Origin: a virus
IMG/VR virus record: IMGVR_UViG_3300035670_000143
Span: 10,950-74,949 of that record
Strand: one strand, 5' to 3'
Length of the DNA: 64,000 nt
Shown here: positions 21,405 to 31,100 of the stretch, piece after piece
Position numbering within the stretch: the stretch's first letter is position 1
Layout: every line of letters starts with the position of its first letter
Program-made: the position numbers and the translations under genes
Notes under the pieces: generated by a model
Database searches by the model: none
Told to the model about the DNA's origin: nothing
Seen by the model: the letters and a program-made list of their open reading frames with translations, nothing else

Positions 21405-21847
21405 TGTCTGATGGAGGTCTTGCCTCACAAAGAAAGGATGTTAAATGGGTTGAGTCATCAACAATGGGTGAACTTAATCCTAATTACTCAGGCGGTAAAT
21501 ATATAGACGATAAAGGATATGTTCGTGTCCTGGCTCCTGAGCATCCGTCTAGCATTAGAGGCTATATATATGAGCATAGGGCTGTCATGGAAGAATATGT
21601 TGGTCGTTTTTTAAAACCCTGGGAAAGCGTCCATCATATTAATGAAGTAAAATGTGATAATAGAGTGGAAAATTTATTTTTGTGTACAGCGGGTGAGCAT
21701 AGCGCTATTCATCGTGAAGGCAAAAAGCCTAGCGAAAGCCATAAAGAAAAACTTCGCGCCAATATGAGACAGAGAAATAAATTAATGAAGAAGGATTTGC
21801 CCAGGTTACAGGGGCAAATTCAAAAAAAAGGTGCAAAAGACCCGTGA
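21404..21847 (+). CDS. HNH endonuclease
   Basis: YEHRAVME...VHHINEVKCDNRVENL...HSAIH. Confidence 0.9.
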   Translation: MSDGGLASQRKDVKWVESSTMGELNPNYSGGKYIDDKGYVRVLAPEHPSSIRGYIYEHRAVMEEYVGRFLKPWESVHHINEVKCDNRVENLFLCTAGEHSAIHREGKKPSESHKEKLRANMRQRNKLMKKDLPRLQGQIQKKGAKDP

Positions 21848-21877
21848 TCCTGAAAAAGGTCGGGTATAATAGACCTT

Positions 21878-23056
21878 ATGAATATTTGTGGAGCCGAAGG
21901 TTGCTCAGTTGAATTTGAACCTAATTCTTCAAATCAAAAGTACGCAGACCCTTCTTGTAGAAAAACACTAGACTCTTTAGGTCTGTGCAGATATAGAAAA
22001 GAAAATAACCTGGTAGATATGCCAGTCGATATAGAAACGGGTAAAAAAGTGGAATCCGATGCAGAATTAAGAGTTGCTTACTCTAAATTGCTTCAAGAAT
22101 ACGACAAGCTTAAAACTAAAAGCACTGATCTTTCGACAGCTGTATACCAGGCTGTCGTTGACACAGTAAAAACGCAAGAGCCAATTGCTTTGTCGCCAAC
22201 ATTTAATATTGTTAAATCAAAAAAAGATTCTAAGAATAAAGAGGTCGCTGTAGCAATTTTGGCAGATTGGCAGTTGGCAAAAGTAACACCAGATTATAAC
22301 TCGTCAGTGTGTGAAAAAAGAATTGAAACTTTTGCAAACAAAGTCATTGATTTAACGAATATTCAGCGTGCCGATCACCCTGTTGATGAAATAAGAATCT
22401 GGGCGTTAGGTGATATTGTTGAGGGGGAATTAATATTCCCAGGCCAGAGTTTCCTGGTTGATGGTGGTTTATATCGACAAGTAACTGTCGATGGTCCAAG
22501 AATCATGCGTAAATTTATTAACACAATGCTTGAAAACTTTAAAAAAGTTACATTTGTTGGTGTTATTGGAAATCATGGTGCTATTGGTGGTAGATCAAGA
22601 AGAGATCACGATCCAGAGACAAATGCTGATCGAATGCTTTATCGTATAGTTGAACTCATGTATGAAAAAGAGAAGAGAATTTCATTCAATATACCAGATG
22701 GTTATGGTGAAAGAAATTGGTATGCCATAGATAAGATCGGCAATTACAGTTCTTTACTACTTCATGGCGATCAGTTCAGCGGTCTTTCTACGATGTACTC
22801 GTTCCAGAAAAAAGTATATGGTTGGAAAGTTGGGGCTATAAAAGAACATTTTGATGATGTCTATTGTGGTCATTTCCACACGCCTACAAAGATGACATTC
22901 AATACGGTTCAGTTTAGAATCTCAGGTAGCCCAGAATCTACAAACACCTATGCTATGGAGAGTTTGGCCGCTATTGGTCACCCTTCACAGGATTTGATGT
23001 TTGTTCACCCTGATAAGGGTATTGTCACAGCCGAATACACATGTTGGCTTGACTAG
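21878..23056 (+). CDS. Calcineurin-like metallophosphoesterase with an N-terminal Cys finger and coiled coil
   Basis: ADWQ, LGDIVEG, GNHG, LHGD, GHFH motifs. Confidence 0.85.
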   Translation: MNICGAEGCSVEFEPNSSNQKYADPSCRKTLDSLGLCRYRKENNLVDMPVDIETGKKVESDAELRVAYSKLLQEYDKLKTKSTDLSTAVYQAVVDTVKTQEPIALSPTFNIVKSKKDSKNKEVAVAILADWQLAKVTPDYNSSVCEKRIETFANKVIDLTNIQRADHPVDEIRIWALGDIVEGELIFPGQSFLVDGGLYRQVTVDGPRIMRKFINTMLENFKKVTFVGVIGNHGAIGGRSRRDHDPETNADRMLYRIVELMYEKEKRISFNIPDGYGERNWYAIDKIGNYSSLLLHGDQFSGLSTMYSFQKKVYGWKVGAIKEHFDDVYCGHFHTPTKMTFNTVQFRISGSPESTNTYAMESLAAIGHPSQDLMFVHPDKGIVTAEYTCWLD

Positions 23057-23064
23057 GAGGAAAT

Positions 23065-23262
23065 ATGAATAAGTTATATAAAGATATTTTAGAACGAGCA
23101 ATTTGGACAGCAGCGCAAGCTTTTATTGCTGTTTATACCGTTGGTGGTATTGACGAATTAAAGTCTGCATTAACTGCAGCAGTTGCTGCTGGTATTAGCG
23201 TTGTTAAGGGATTTGCCGCTACCAAGATTGGCGACAAGGAAACTGCTGCTACATTGAAATGA
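23065..23262 (+). CDS. Holin (r1t-like)
   Basis: DILERAIWTAAQAFIA plus a second hydrophobic helix; AGGAGG RBS. Confidence 0.75.
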   Translation: MNKLYKDILERAIWTAAQAFIAVYTVGGIDELKSALTAAVAAGISVVKGFAATKIGDKETAATLK

Positions 23263-23459
23263 AAGTTATATCTAGTCTCTCTTTTAAATGTTCTCATTGC
23301 AAAGGCTACAAATACATTGGTGATGAATATTACGCAATGTCAAAATGGCACGTTGATTTAACGTGTATTAATTGTGGTCATTCAAAAGACATTGAGGTGA
23401 TGGATCTGTATAAATTGTGTTTAAAACTTGGTGATCAAAGTGCAAGAATTATTGAATAA
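23259..23459 (+). CDS. Zinc-ribbon protein
   Basis: CSHC...CINCG. Confidence 0.6.
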   Translation: MKVISSLSFKCSHCKGYKYIGDEYYAMSKWHVDLTCINCGHSKDIEVMDLYKLCLKLGDQSARIIE

Positions 23460-23889
23460 TAAATTTATACCAAATAAATTATATAAATTTGGTAATAAAA
23501 TTGTAAAACTTAAAAAAGTTCAAAAAACTAAAAAAATAATAATTGCATTTGATGTTGAAACAAATGAAGAAATATCCTTTCATACAGATAATGCAGACCT
23601 GGTTCTTCATCGCCTTTATACAATTGGCGAAATATCGAAAATTGTAGAAAGAAGACCTGATACTATACGCAAGTACGAAAAACGAGGGCTTTTGCCGAAA
23701 CCTGAATCCTTCGAGGGGTCGGGATCGTATAAAAACTGGAGGCTATATAGCGCTTCCAACGTCTACGAGATGGTAGAATTCTTCAGCAATAGAACTTCCG
23801 GCAGACCAGCGCAGACCAGCAATGGTCTGCCGGATAGAATAAAAACCCTTAATCAAAAAGTAAAATTAATCAACAAGAACCTCAAGTAA
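23428..23889 (+). CDS. MerR-like HTH DNA-binding protein
   Basis: LYTIGEISKIVERRPDTIRKYEKRGLLPKP...WRLYS; exact start uncertain. Confidence 0.8.
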   Translation: MVIKVQELLNNKFIPNKLYKFGNKIVKLKKVQKTKKIIIAFDVETNEEISFHTDNADLVLHRLYTIGEISKIVERRPDTIRKYEKRGLLPKPESFEGSGSYKNWRLYSASNVYEMVEFFSNRTSGRPAQTSNGLPDRIKTLNQKVKLINKNLK

Positions 23890-23898
23890 GGAGTTATT

Positions 23899-24090
23899 AT
23901 GTTAAATGACAAGGCAGAAATCTGGGCTTCAATCGGTATCACCAAAAACCTTGGCAACTATGAATCACTTAGGCTAGATGCTGGTGGAAAGATTCTTGCT
24001 GATGATCTTAATGATCCCGATGCCTGGCAGAAACTTTGGAATTCTTTGGACGAACAGATTGAGTCCAAACTTAGAGAACTAGACAAGTGA
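23899..24090 (+). CDS. Conserved phage protein
   Basis: TKNLGNYESLRLD motif; AAGGAG RBS. Confidence 0.7.
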   Translation: MLNDKAEIWASIGITKNLGNYESLRLDAGGKILADDLNDPDAWQKLWNSLDEQIESKLRELDK

Positions 24091-24338
24091 GTGATTGGCT
24101 TAAGAAAGCAGTTTGTAAAAACGACAAACACCCTGAATACTGGGTATCATATAATTTGGAAAAAATTGACTATGCAAAAAATGGGTGCGATAAATGCACA
24201 GTTCATATTGAATGCTTTACAAACAGTATTTCTATTGACGATGAACCTGTTGGTGTTATTGCAGGGTTATCAGAGTTTGAGCGCTTACTTGCTCGCTGGG
24301 GGGAGGTGACTGATATAAATGGCTCTAATTGGGAATGA
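24087..24338 (+). CDS. whiB: WhiB-family Fe-S regulator (divergent)
   Basis: W...AVC...AK..CDKCTV..EC...GVIAGLSE.ER. Confidence 0.7.
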   Translation: MSDWLKKAVCKNDKHPEYWVSYNLEKIDYAKNGCDKCTVHIECFTNSISIDDEPVGVIAGLSEFERLLARWGEVTDINGSNWE

Positions 24339-24630
24339 TGTTATAGAAGTCTTTAAGATTTATTGTAAAGAATATAGCAAGTTATTTATACCTGACTCTC
24401 CCCGTCAGGATGAAGTTGCAAATAGTCTTGCTCAACACTATGATAGCGACACACTACTTGATGCTATCAAGTGGTATATTGAAAAAGAAGATGGCCCTAT
24501 TCTCATTTTTGACTTTGCTCTGAAATCCAGGGATTATGTTGAAAAGGTTAAAAAAGAAAAGGCATCAGTGGATAGATTTAAACAGACCGTTGCGGAGACT
24601 AGAAAGCTTATAGAAAATAATGAATTATGA
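24319..24630 (+). CDS. Hypothetical protein (possible helicase loader/initiator)
   Basis: Overlaps the dnaB start; function inferred from position only. Confidence 0.5.
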   Translation: MALIGNDVIEVFKIYCKEYSKLFIPDSPRQDEVANSLAQHYDSDTLLDAIKWYIEKEDGPILIFDFALKSRDYVEKVKKEKASVDRFKQTVAETRKLIENNEL

Positions 24631-25840
24631 AATGCGCTTAATTAATTCGATTGTTGAAACCGGTGATATGGTGACAGCAGTCAATCAAGGCGTTGATGGT
24701 GTATTCTCTGAATATAGAGATATTTGGAACTTTGTTCTTAGTCATTATGATAAGCATAATAAAGCACCATCAAAAGATACCATCAAGTCACATTTTTCTG
24801 ATTTTGAATTTATTAATGCAACTGAGCCTATTGAATATTATATAGATCAAGCAAAAAAGGAATCGTTATCAATACAGACTCGTCGTATTGTTGCTCAGGC
24901 GCATTCTTTACTTGGTGAAATGGGACCAAAAGAGGCACTATCTTTTTTGATGGAAAATACGTCAAAGCTCTATAAATATTCTAGCAATCTTAAAGATACA
25001 GATCTTGTCAGTGAATGGCGTGATCGCTTCGAAGATTTGAAAGAAAGAGCTAGTAATCCAGATAAAAATACTCTAGGTATTCCTAGCGGTGTGTCTGTAA
25101 TTGATAAGGTATTTGGTGGTTGGCAGCCGGGTGATTTTATTGTCTTATTAGGTTGGACCGGTGTTGGCAAATCGTTTATTGCTAGACTATTCGCTGTAAA
25201 TGCCTGGCGTGCTGGATATCGCCCAATGATTATCTCATTAGAGATGAATAAACAGCAAGAGGGGCAGAGACTTGATACCTTACTAAACAATGGTGAGGGT
25301 AACTTTACTAACACAGATTTAGTAAAAGCAAATCCAGGCATTGTTGATCGATATGGTCAATGGGCGGAAGTTACGTTTGAAGGTAAACAACCTATTTATT
25401 TGATTACATCTGAAGGTCTTGAAACAGCCGACCAGAATATGGTTCAGGCAAAAATTGATCAGTATCAACCAGATATGGTTATTCTTGATTATCATGGGCT
25501 GTTTGATGACTCAACTGGTGCTAAGAACGAAACAGAAAAAGCTAAGAATTTGTCTAAAGCTTTTAAAAGAATAGCAGTTAAAAACAATGTGCCAATTATT
25601 GACGTTGCTGCTGTAACTATGTCTGATGGTCATAGTGAAAGACCACCTGAACTTGAAGAAGTTGCTTGGTCAAAGCAGTTGGCTTATGATGCTGATCTTG
25701 TTCTTGCTATTCATAGAGAATATAACTCTGATGTTTTTCAAGTTGTGTCTAGAAAAGTAAGAAGAGCTACGCATTTTGGTTTTTATTTGAAATGGAACCT
25801 TGAAACAGGTAAATGGAATGAGGAATGGGATCTTACATGA
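24620..25840 (+). CDS. dnaB: Replicative DNA helicase (DnaB-like)
   Basis: Walker A GWTGVGKS, SLEM, VILDY, YDADLVL. Confidence 0.92.
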   Translation: MNYEMRLINSIVETGDMVTAVNQGVDGVFSEYRDIWNFVLSHYDKHNKAPSKDTIKSHFSDFEFINATEPIEYYIDQAKKESLSIQTRRIVAQAHSLLGEMGPKEALSFLMENTSKLYKYSSNLKDTDLVSEWRDRFEDLKERASNPDKNTLGIPSGVSVIDKVFGGWQPGDFIVLLGWTGVGKSFIARLFAVNAWRAGYRPMIISLEMNKQQEGQRLDTLLNNGEGNFTNTDLVKANPGIVDRYGQWAEVTFEGKQPIYLITSEGLETADQNMVQAKIDQYQPDMVILDYHGLFDDSTGAKNETEKAKNLSKAFKRIAVKNNVPIIDVAAVTMSDGHSERPPELEEVAWSKQLAYDADLVLAIHREYNSDVFQVVSRKVRRATHFGFYLKWNLETGKWNEEWDLT

Positions 25841-26034
25841 AAGTCAAATTAGATGAAAATGTTATCTATGTTCTAAATGGTATTAGTCGTGATGTAGAAA
25901 CTATTGCACGGCTAAGACCCTGGATTGAAGATGAAATAAGAAATACATTTGGTGATTTTTCTTTTACAAAATTATATACTGATTATAAACCAAATAATGA
26001 AACATTCGAATACAAAATTGTCTTCTACAAGTAG
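25837..26034 (+). CDS. Hypothetical protein
   Basis: ATGA coupling to the helicase stop. Confidence 0.55.
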   Translation: MKVKLDENVIYVLNGISRDVETIARLRPWIEDEIRNTFGDFSFTKLYTDYKPNNETFEYKIVFYK

Positions 26035-26932
26035 TCTCGAATCGGAAATAAAAAAACTCTTCTCTGAATATAATGTTATTATACAAACAGAGAGTGGTAA
26101 AGAGGCAACTATATACTGCCCTTTTCACAAGAACACGCATAGCCCTGCTTTCTATATAAATTTAAAAACAGGTTTATGGCAGTGCTTTAATCCATCTTGT
26201 GATAAAAGAGGTAACTTTAGACAACTGTATAAACATTTTACAGGTAGATCTTTTGGTTATCAAAAAGCTCTAGACCCAGTAAATCTTCAACGTGAATTAG
26301 AATTAGGTCTTTCTAAAAAAGTTGAAGATAATTTAGACATTGACTCTATTGAGATTGATTATCATAGCGATGATATTAAAATGCTGGAGTCATTAATTGA
26401 AAGAGGGTTCTCCACAGAGACTCTTCAATATCTTGATATAGGTTTTTCCAAGGTAAAAGATAGAGTCGTCATACCAGTTAGAGATGTCAATTTTAAAGTT
26501 GTAGGTCTAATTGGTAGAGCTATACATGATTGGCAAGATCCTAGATACTTGTATAACAAAGGTTTTAAACGAGCCGATGTTTTGTTCAATATACAGAATG
26601 CAAAAAAGTATGATGAGTGTATAGTTGTAGAAGGCAGTCTAGACTGCGCCAAGGTAGTGCAGTCTGGGTTTAAAAATTGTGTAGCAACTCTTGGAGCTAA
26701 AATATCAGAAAATCAATCATCGATGCTCAGAAAATGGTTTGATAGAATAATCATATTTTCTGACAATGATGAGGCTGGTCTCGCCATGAGGGATGCTATA
26801 ATAAAGTCTTGCGAGGGCAAAGACATATACATTATGTCAATACCTGACGGTCTTAAAGACCCAGGCGAAATGTCTGAGCAGGAAATACAACAATCATATA
26901 ATAAAAAAATTTCCATTATTGGAGGAAGGTAG
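25997..26932 (+). CDS. dnaG: DNA primase (CHC2 zinc finger + TOPRIM)
   Basis: CPFH...WQCFNPSC; VVEGSLD; FSDNDEAG; KDPGE. Confidence 0.92.
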   Translation: MKHSNTKLSSTSSLESEIKKLFSEYNVIIQTESGKEATIYCPFHKNTHSPAFYINLKTGLWQCFNPSCDKRGNFRQLYKHFTGRSFGYQKALDPVNLQRELELGLSKKVEDNLDIDSIEIDYHSDDIKMLESLIERGFSTETLQYLDIGFSKVKDRVVIPVRDVNFKVVGLIGRAIHDWQDPRYLYNKGFKRADVLFNIQNAKKYDECIVVEGSLDCAKVVQSGFKNCVATLGAKISENQSSMLRKWFDRIIIFSDNDEAGLAMRDAIIKSCEGKDIYIMSIPDGLKDPGEMSEQEIQQSYNKKISIIGGR

Positions 26933-26937
26933 GATAC

Positions 26938-27579
26938 ATGTTTGATTCATTAAAAACACTAAAAGATTTGGAAAAGAATATTCCAACAAAGGCCGGGGGG
27001 GCAGGAGTTAAGAAGTTCTTCTCCATATCTTCCGGTGAAACATTTAAAATTAGATTCCGTCAGGAATTAACTGAGGATTCTAAGAATTTTGACGAAGATA
27101 TGGGTACAGCAATTACTGTTCCTGTTGTTACTTCGCCTATCAATTGGAAGTGGCGTGCTGCTTCTACTGCGGGGCTTGAGAAGTTCAATTATCGTTGTTG
27201 GGCAAGTGAGCAGATTTCCAAGGATACTCGTTGGAAGCCGAAGCCTCATTTGTTGATTAATGTTGCTGTTGAAACTGAGCCTGGTACTTGGGAGCCTCGT
27301 ATCATTGATACTACGTTTAATCAGCGGCATATTGGTTTAACACTCATTGAATATGCTAAGGAGTTTGGAACGATTACTGATCGTTATTACAAGTACAGCC
27401 GTACTGGTTCTGGCGCTCAGGATACTAACTACACGCTTATTCCTCTGGACCAATCACCAATGCCAGACAATATTAGATCATTGCCTACGCATGATCTTAA
27501 TACTGTTTACATGACGCTTCCTTATGCGAAGCAAGAATCTTTCTTTACCACTGGCGAGTTGTCGAAAGACGAGTGGTGA
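26938..27579 (+). CDS. Single-stranded DNA-binding protein
   Basis: KIRFRQE, YKYSRTGSGAQDTNYTL, acidic/aromatic tail ending DEW; replication-module position. Confidence 0.7.
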   Translation: MFDSLKTLKDLEKNIPTKAGGAGVKKFFSISSGETFKIRFRQELTEDSKNFDEDMGTAITVPVVTSPINWKWRAASTAGLEKFNYRCWASEQISKDTRWKPKPHLLINVAVETEPGTWEPRIIDTTFNQRHIGLTLIEYAKEFGTITDRYYKYSRTGSGAQDTNYTLIPLDQSPMPDNIRSLPTHDLNTVYMTLPYAKQESFFTTGELSKDEW

Positions 27580-27589
27580 GAAACTGCGT

Positions 27590-27620
27590 TGCCGGCAGGG
27601 AGAGATCCCTGCCGGCAGGG
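27590..27620. terminator. GC-rich hairpin after ssb (terminator or stabiliser)
   Basis: TGCCGGCAGGGA-GAGA-TCCCTGCCGGCA perfect 12-bp stem; no U-tract. Confidence 0.55.
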
Positions 27621-27628
27621 GCATTACC

Positions 27629-28168
27629 ATGAATAAAAATATATGTCTTGATCTTGATGGTGTTATTACTGACATTGGTGCAAGTTTAAAATCTTGTGCT
27701 GAAAAAGATCTTATTGACTTTGATGCCTCACATATAGGTGAAGCTTTGCTAACACCAGATGGTGTTGATTATCTTGAGTTTATATTTGAAGATCCTCTTT
27801 TTTGGAGGAATCTTAAGCCAATTCAAAGTTCATGGCATGCAATCAATGATTGGTTCATGTCAGGCTATGACATCATATTTGTAACAGCCAGACGTTCCGA
27901 AGCATCTATTGGAGAAATAACTCCTTGGCTAGATGGTTGGCGTGTCATGTATTCTGATATTATTGTGTGCGATATGGGATATAAGTACGAGCATTTAGTT
28001 AAATTAAATCCTATTTTTTACATAGATGACAACCCTTCTGAAATTAAAACCATAAACAAAAAGACTAGTATCAATTCATTTGTTATTAAACATTGGTATA
28101 ATGAACATTTACTTGATAAGTCTACTAACTGGATTAACGACATTTCTCACATACAGGTTCAAAAATAG
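27629..28168 (+). CDS. HAD-family 5'(3')-deoxyribonucleotidase-like phosphatase
   Basis: ICLDLDGV, FVTAR, YIDDNP. Confidence 0.85.
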   Translation: MNKNICLDLDGVITDIGASLKSCAEKDLIDFDASHIGEALLTPDGVDYLEFIFEDPLFWRNLKPIQSSWHAINDWFMSGYDIIFVTARRSEASIGEITPWLDGWRVMYSDIIVCDMGYKYEHLVKLNPIFYIDDNPSEIKTINKKTSINSFVIKHWYNEHLLDKSTNWINDISHIQVQK

Positions 28169-31100
28169 TGACTGATTTTGTTCACCTACACTGCCATTCT
28201 GAGTATTCACTTTTGGATGGTATGTCTACTCCACTTGATATAGCAACTATTGCATCTACTAATGGTCAATATGCTGCTTCTATCACAGATCACGGTACAA
28301 TGGGGGGTGTATTAAAGTTTCAAAATGCCTGTAAAAATACGGGTGTAAAGCCAATATTTGGTATTGAAGCATACTTTGTTGACTCTGTTGATAGAGATGG
28401 TGATGGTCGCCATGAGCGTTTTCATTTAATTTTGCTTGCTAAAAACAATGAGGGGCTACAAAAGTTATTCAAAGCAAGCCAGGTCGGTTGGACAAATAAT
28501 TTTTATTATAAGCCTCGCATGGATTTTAATCTACTAGAAGATCTAGTAGACAATGATATTGTTGCACTATCTGGTTGTCTTGGTGGTGCTATTTGTAAGG
28601 CAATTGAGGCCGGTAATACGGCGAGGGCAGAACAATTGTCTGAGCGTTTCATCAAGATTTTCGGTGATGATTTTTATTATGAAGTCCAAGCCTGGAATCC
28701 TGCTCATATAAACAAAGGTTTATTTGATTTAGCAGCTTCGTTTGGTAAGAAACCGGTCGCTACTGCTGATTGTCACTTCCCAACTTATGAAGATCATGGC
28801 CATGAAGAAGTTCTACTAATGATCTCTCAGTATCCTTCTCTTAATGCTGGTGATCTTCGTAAGGCTAGGGAGAATATTCGTCATGATGGTAGCATCATCG
28901 ACAAAATGAATTCTATGTACCCTGATCGCTTTCTGCGATTTGATGAGATTAATCCTTATATTGCTTCTGCTTCTGAGATTCAGTCTTGGTTTCAGGAGGT
29001 TGGGGTTGATAGGATTGACATCCTCGAAAATACTATGGAAGTGGCTGAGAAGTGTAGTGCGGAGATTCCGACTAAGCAGAGGCTTCTTCCTAAGTTTATG
29101 AAGTCGCTTGATTCGGATGAGTATTTGAGGGAGGTTGCTACTTTTGAGTTGAAACAGCGTGGCCTCGGTCAAGACTATGCAGATCGTTTGGATGAGGAGT
29201 TGGGGATTATTTCTCGTCTTGGTTTTAGTGACTATTTTTTGATGGTGTGGGATTTGGTGAAGTGGGCTGACAATAATCATGTTGGTCGTGGGCCTGGTCG
29301 TGGTTCTGTTGGTGGTAGTTTGTTGGCGTTTTTGTTGGATATTTCTAAGGTTGATCCGATCAAGTATGGTTTGTTGTTTTCTCGGTTTTTGAATCCTGAG
29401 AGAAATGACTATCCTGATATTGATTTGGATTTTGAAGATAAGCAACGTGATCGTGTTAAAGAGTATTTAAAGGAGAGGTGGGGTAGTGACAATGTTGCGG
29501 CGATTTCGATTTATGGTACGTTTAAGGCCAAGAGTGTGGTCAAGGACATATCCCGTGTATATCAAGTACCGTTCGAGGAAATCAATAATATTACGCCGTT
29601 TTTTGAAACGCTAGATGAACTTGAGCAGTCGCCTAAGGGTAAGGTTTTTAATTCTAAGTATCCTGATGTTTTGCCGATTGCTCGTAAGTTGGAGAATCGT
29701 ATTCGTACTGCTGGTATTCATGCTGCTGGTATGGTTGTTTCTTCTGTGCCTTTGAGTGATGTTTGTCCGGTGGAGAGTCGTAAGAATTCTGGTGGTGATG
29801 CTAGGGCGCTTGTTACGGCTTTTGATATGGAGGACGCTGAGGCTGTTGGGTTGATTAAGGTTGATGTTCTTGGTCTTCGTATGGTTTCTGTGGTTAAGGA
29901 TTGTTTGCAAAAGATTCGTGAGCGCCACGGTGTTGATGTAACGGATTTGTCTCTTCAACTTGATGATGAGGTTGTGTTCAAGAACTTTAATGACGGTAAT
30001 ACGGTCGGTATTTTTCAGGTTGATGCTGCTGCTTATCGTAATTTGATTGAGCGTATGGGTATTTCTGATTTTAATGATCTTGCTGTGAGTAATGCTCTTG
30101 TTCGTCCGGGTGCTTTGCTTTCTCAGGGTCAGCGTTATATTGATTGTAAGAAGGGTGTGGAGAAGCCTAAGTATCCTCATCCGTCTGTTGAGGGTATTTT
30201 AAAGGAAACTTATGGCACGGTGATCTTTCAGGAGCAGTTGATGCAAATGGCTGTGAGTATTTCTGGTTTCTCTTGGGCTGATGCTGACAAGCTTCGTAAG
30301 ATTATTGGTAAGAAGCGTGATGCTGCTGAGTTTGAGCAGTTCAAGGATAAGTTTATTAATAATGCTATTATTGATAAGTCTGCTGCTAAGAAGATGTGGG
30401 CTGAGTTTGAGTTAGCGGCTTTGTATATGTTTAATAAGTCGCATGCTGTCGCTTATTCTATGTTGTCTTATCAGACAATGTGGTTGAAGGTTCATTATCC
30501 GATGGAGTTCATATGGTCGTTATTGTATAACGAAGAAGCTCAGGATCGTATTACTGCTTATCTTATGGAAGCGAATAGACTTGGAATTGTAGTTAATCCG
30601 CCAGATGTTAATTTGTCTGATGAGTCTTTTTCTATTGATGACGATGGTATTCGTTTTGGTCTGAGGAATGTTGCTAATTGTGGTACGAGTGCCATCACTG
30701 AGATTATGGCGAAGCGTCCTTTTAGTTCCTTTGAAGAGTTTTCTGCTAAATGTAGTAAAAGAGCTATCAACTCTAAGTTGAGGGATAACCTTGATAAGGT
30801 TGGTGCTTATAGTAGTATGAATTATGTTTCTTCTTATGATCATGAGAAGTATTATCTTCCTGTTCTTGGTTTTGCTATTAATCTTAATCAAGAGGAGAAT
30901 GAGATTGATAAGTATGTTCAGCCTTTAGCCGGTTTCCACGAGATCAATTCTCCTTTGACGTTTGTGAAGGCCGTGGTGCGTTCTACGAAGAAAACACCAC
31001 AATATCTCCGTGTGGAAATAGAAGACCAATCTGGATCTACCACGATCTTTTGTGATCGCAATGCTGAAATTGCTAACCGTGATCTCATTTATGCTCTGAT

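Noticed and set aside
27524-27628. N-terminal extension of the HAD ORF
   Set aside because: It overlaps the ssb end and the hairpin; the HAD motif starts right after ATG 27629.
28816-30891. Long minus-strand ORFs inside dnaE (also within ssb, TMP and early genes)
   Set aside because: They are in register with the sense codons and are explained by absence of TTA/CTA/TCA; no RBS or protein-like motifs.
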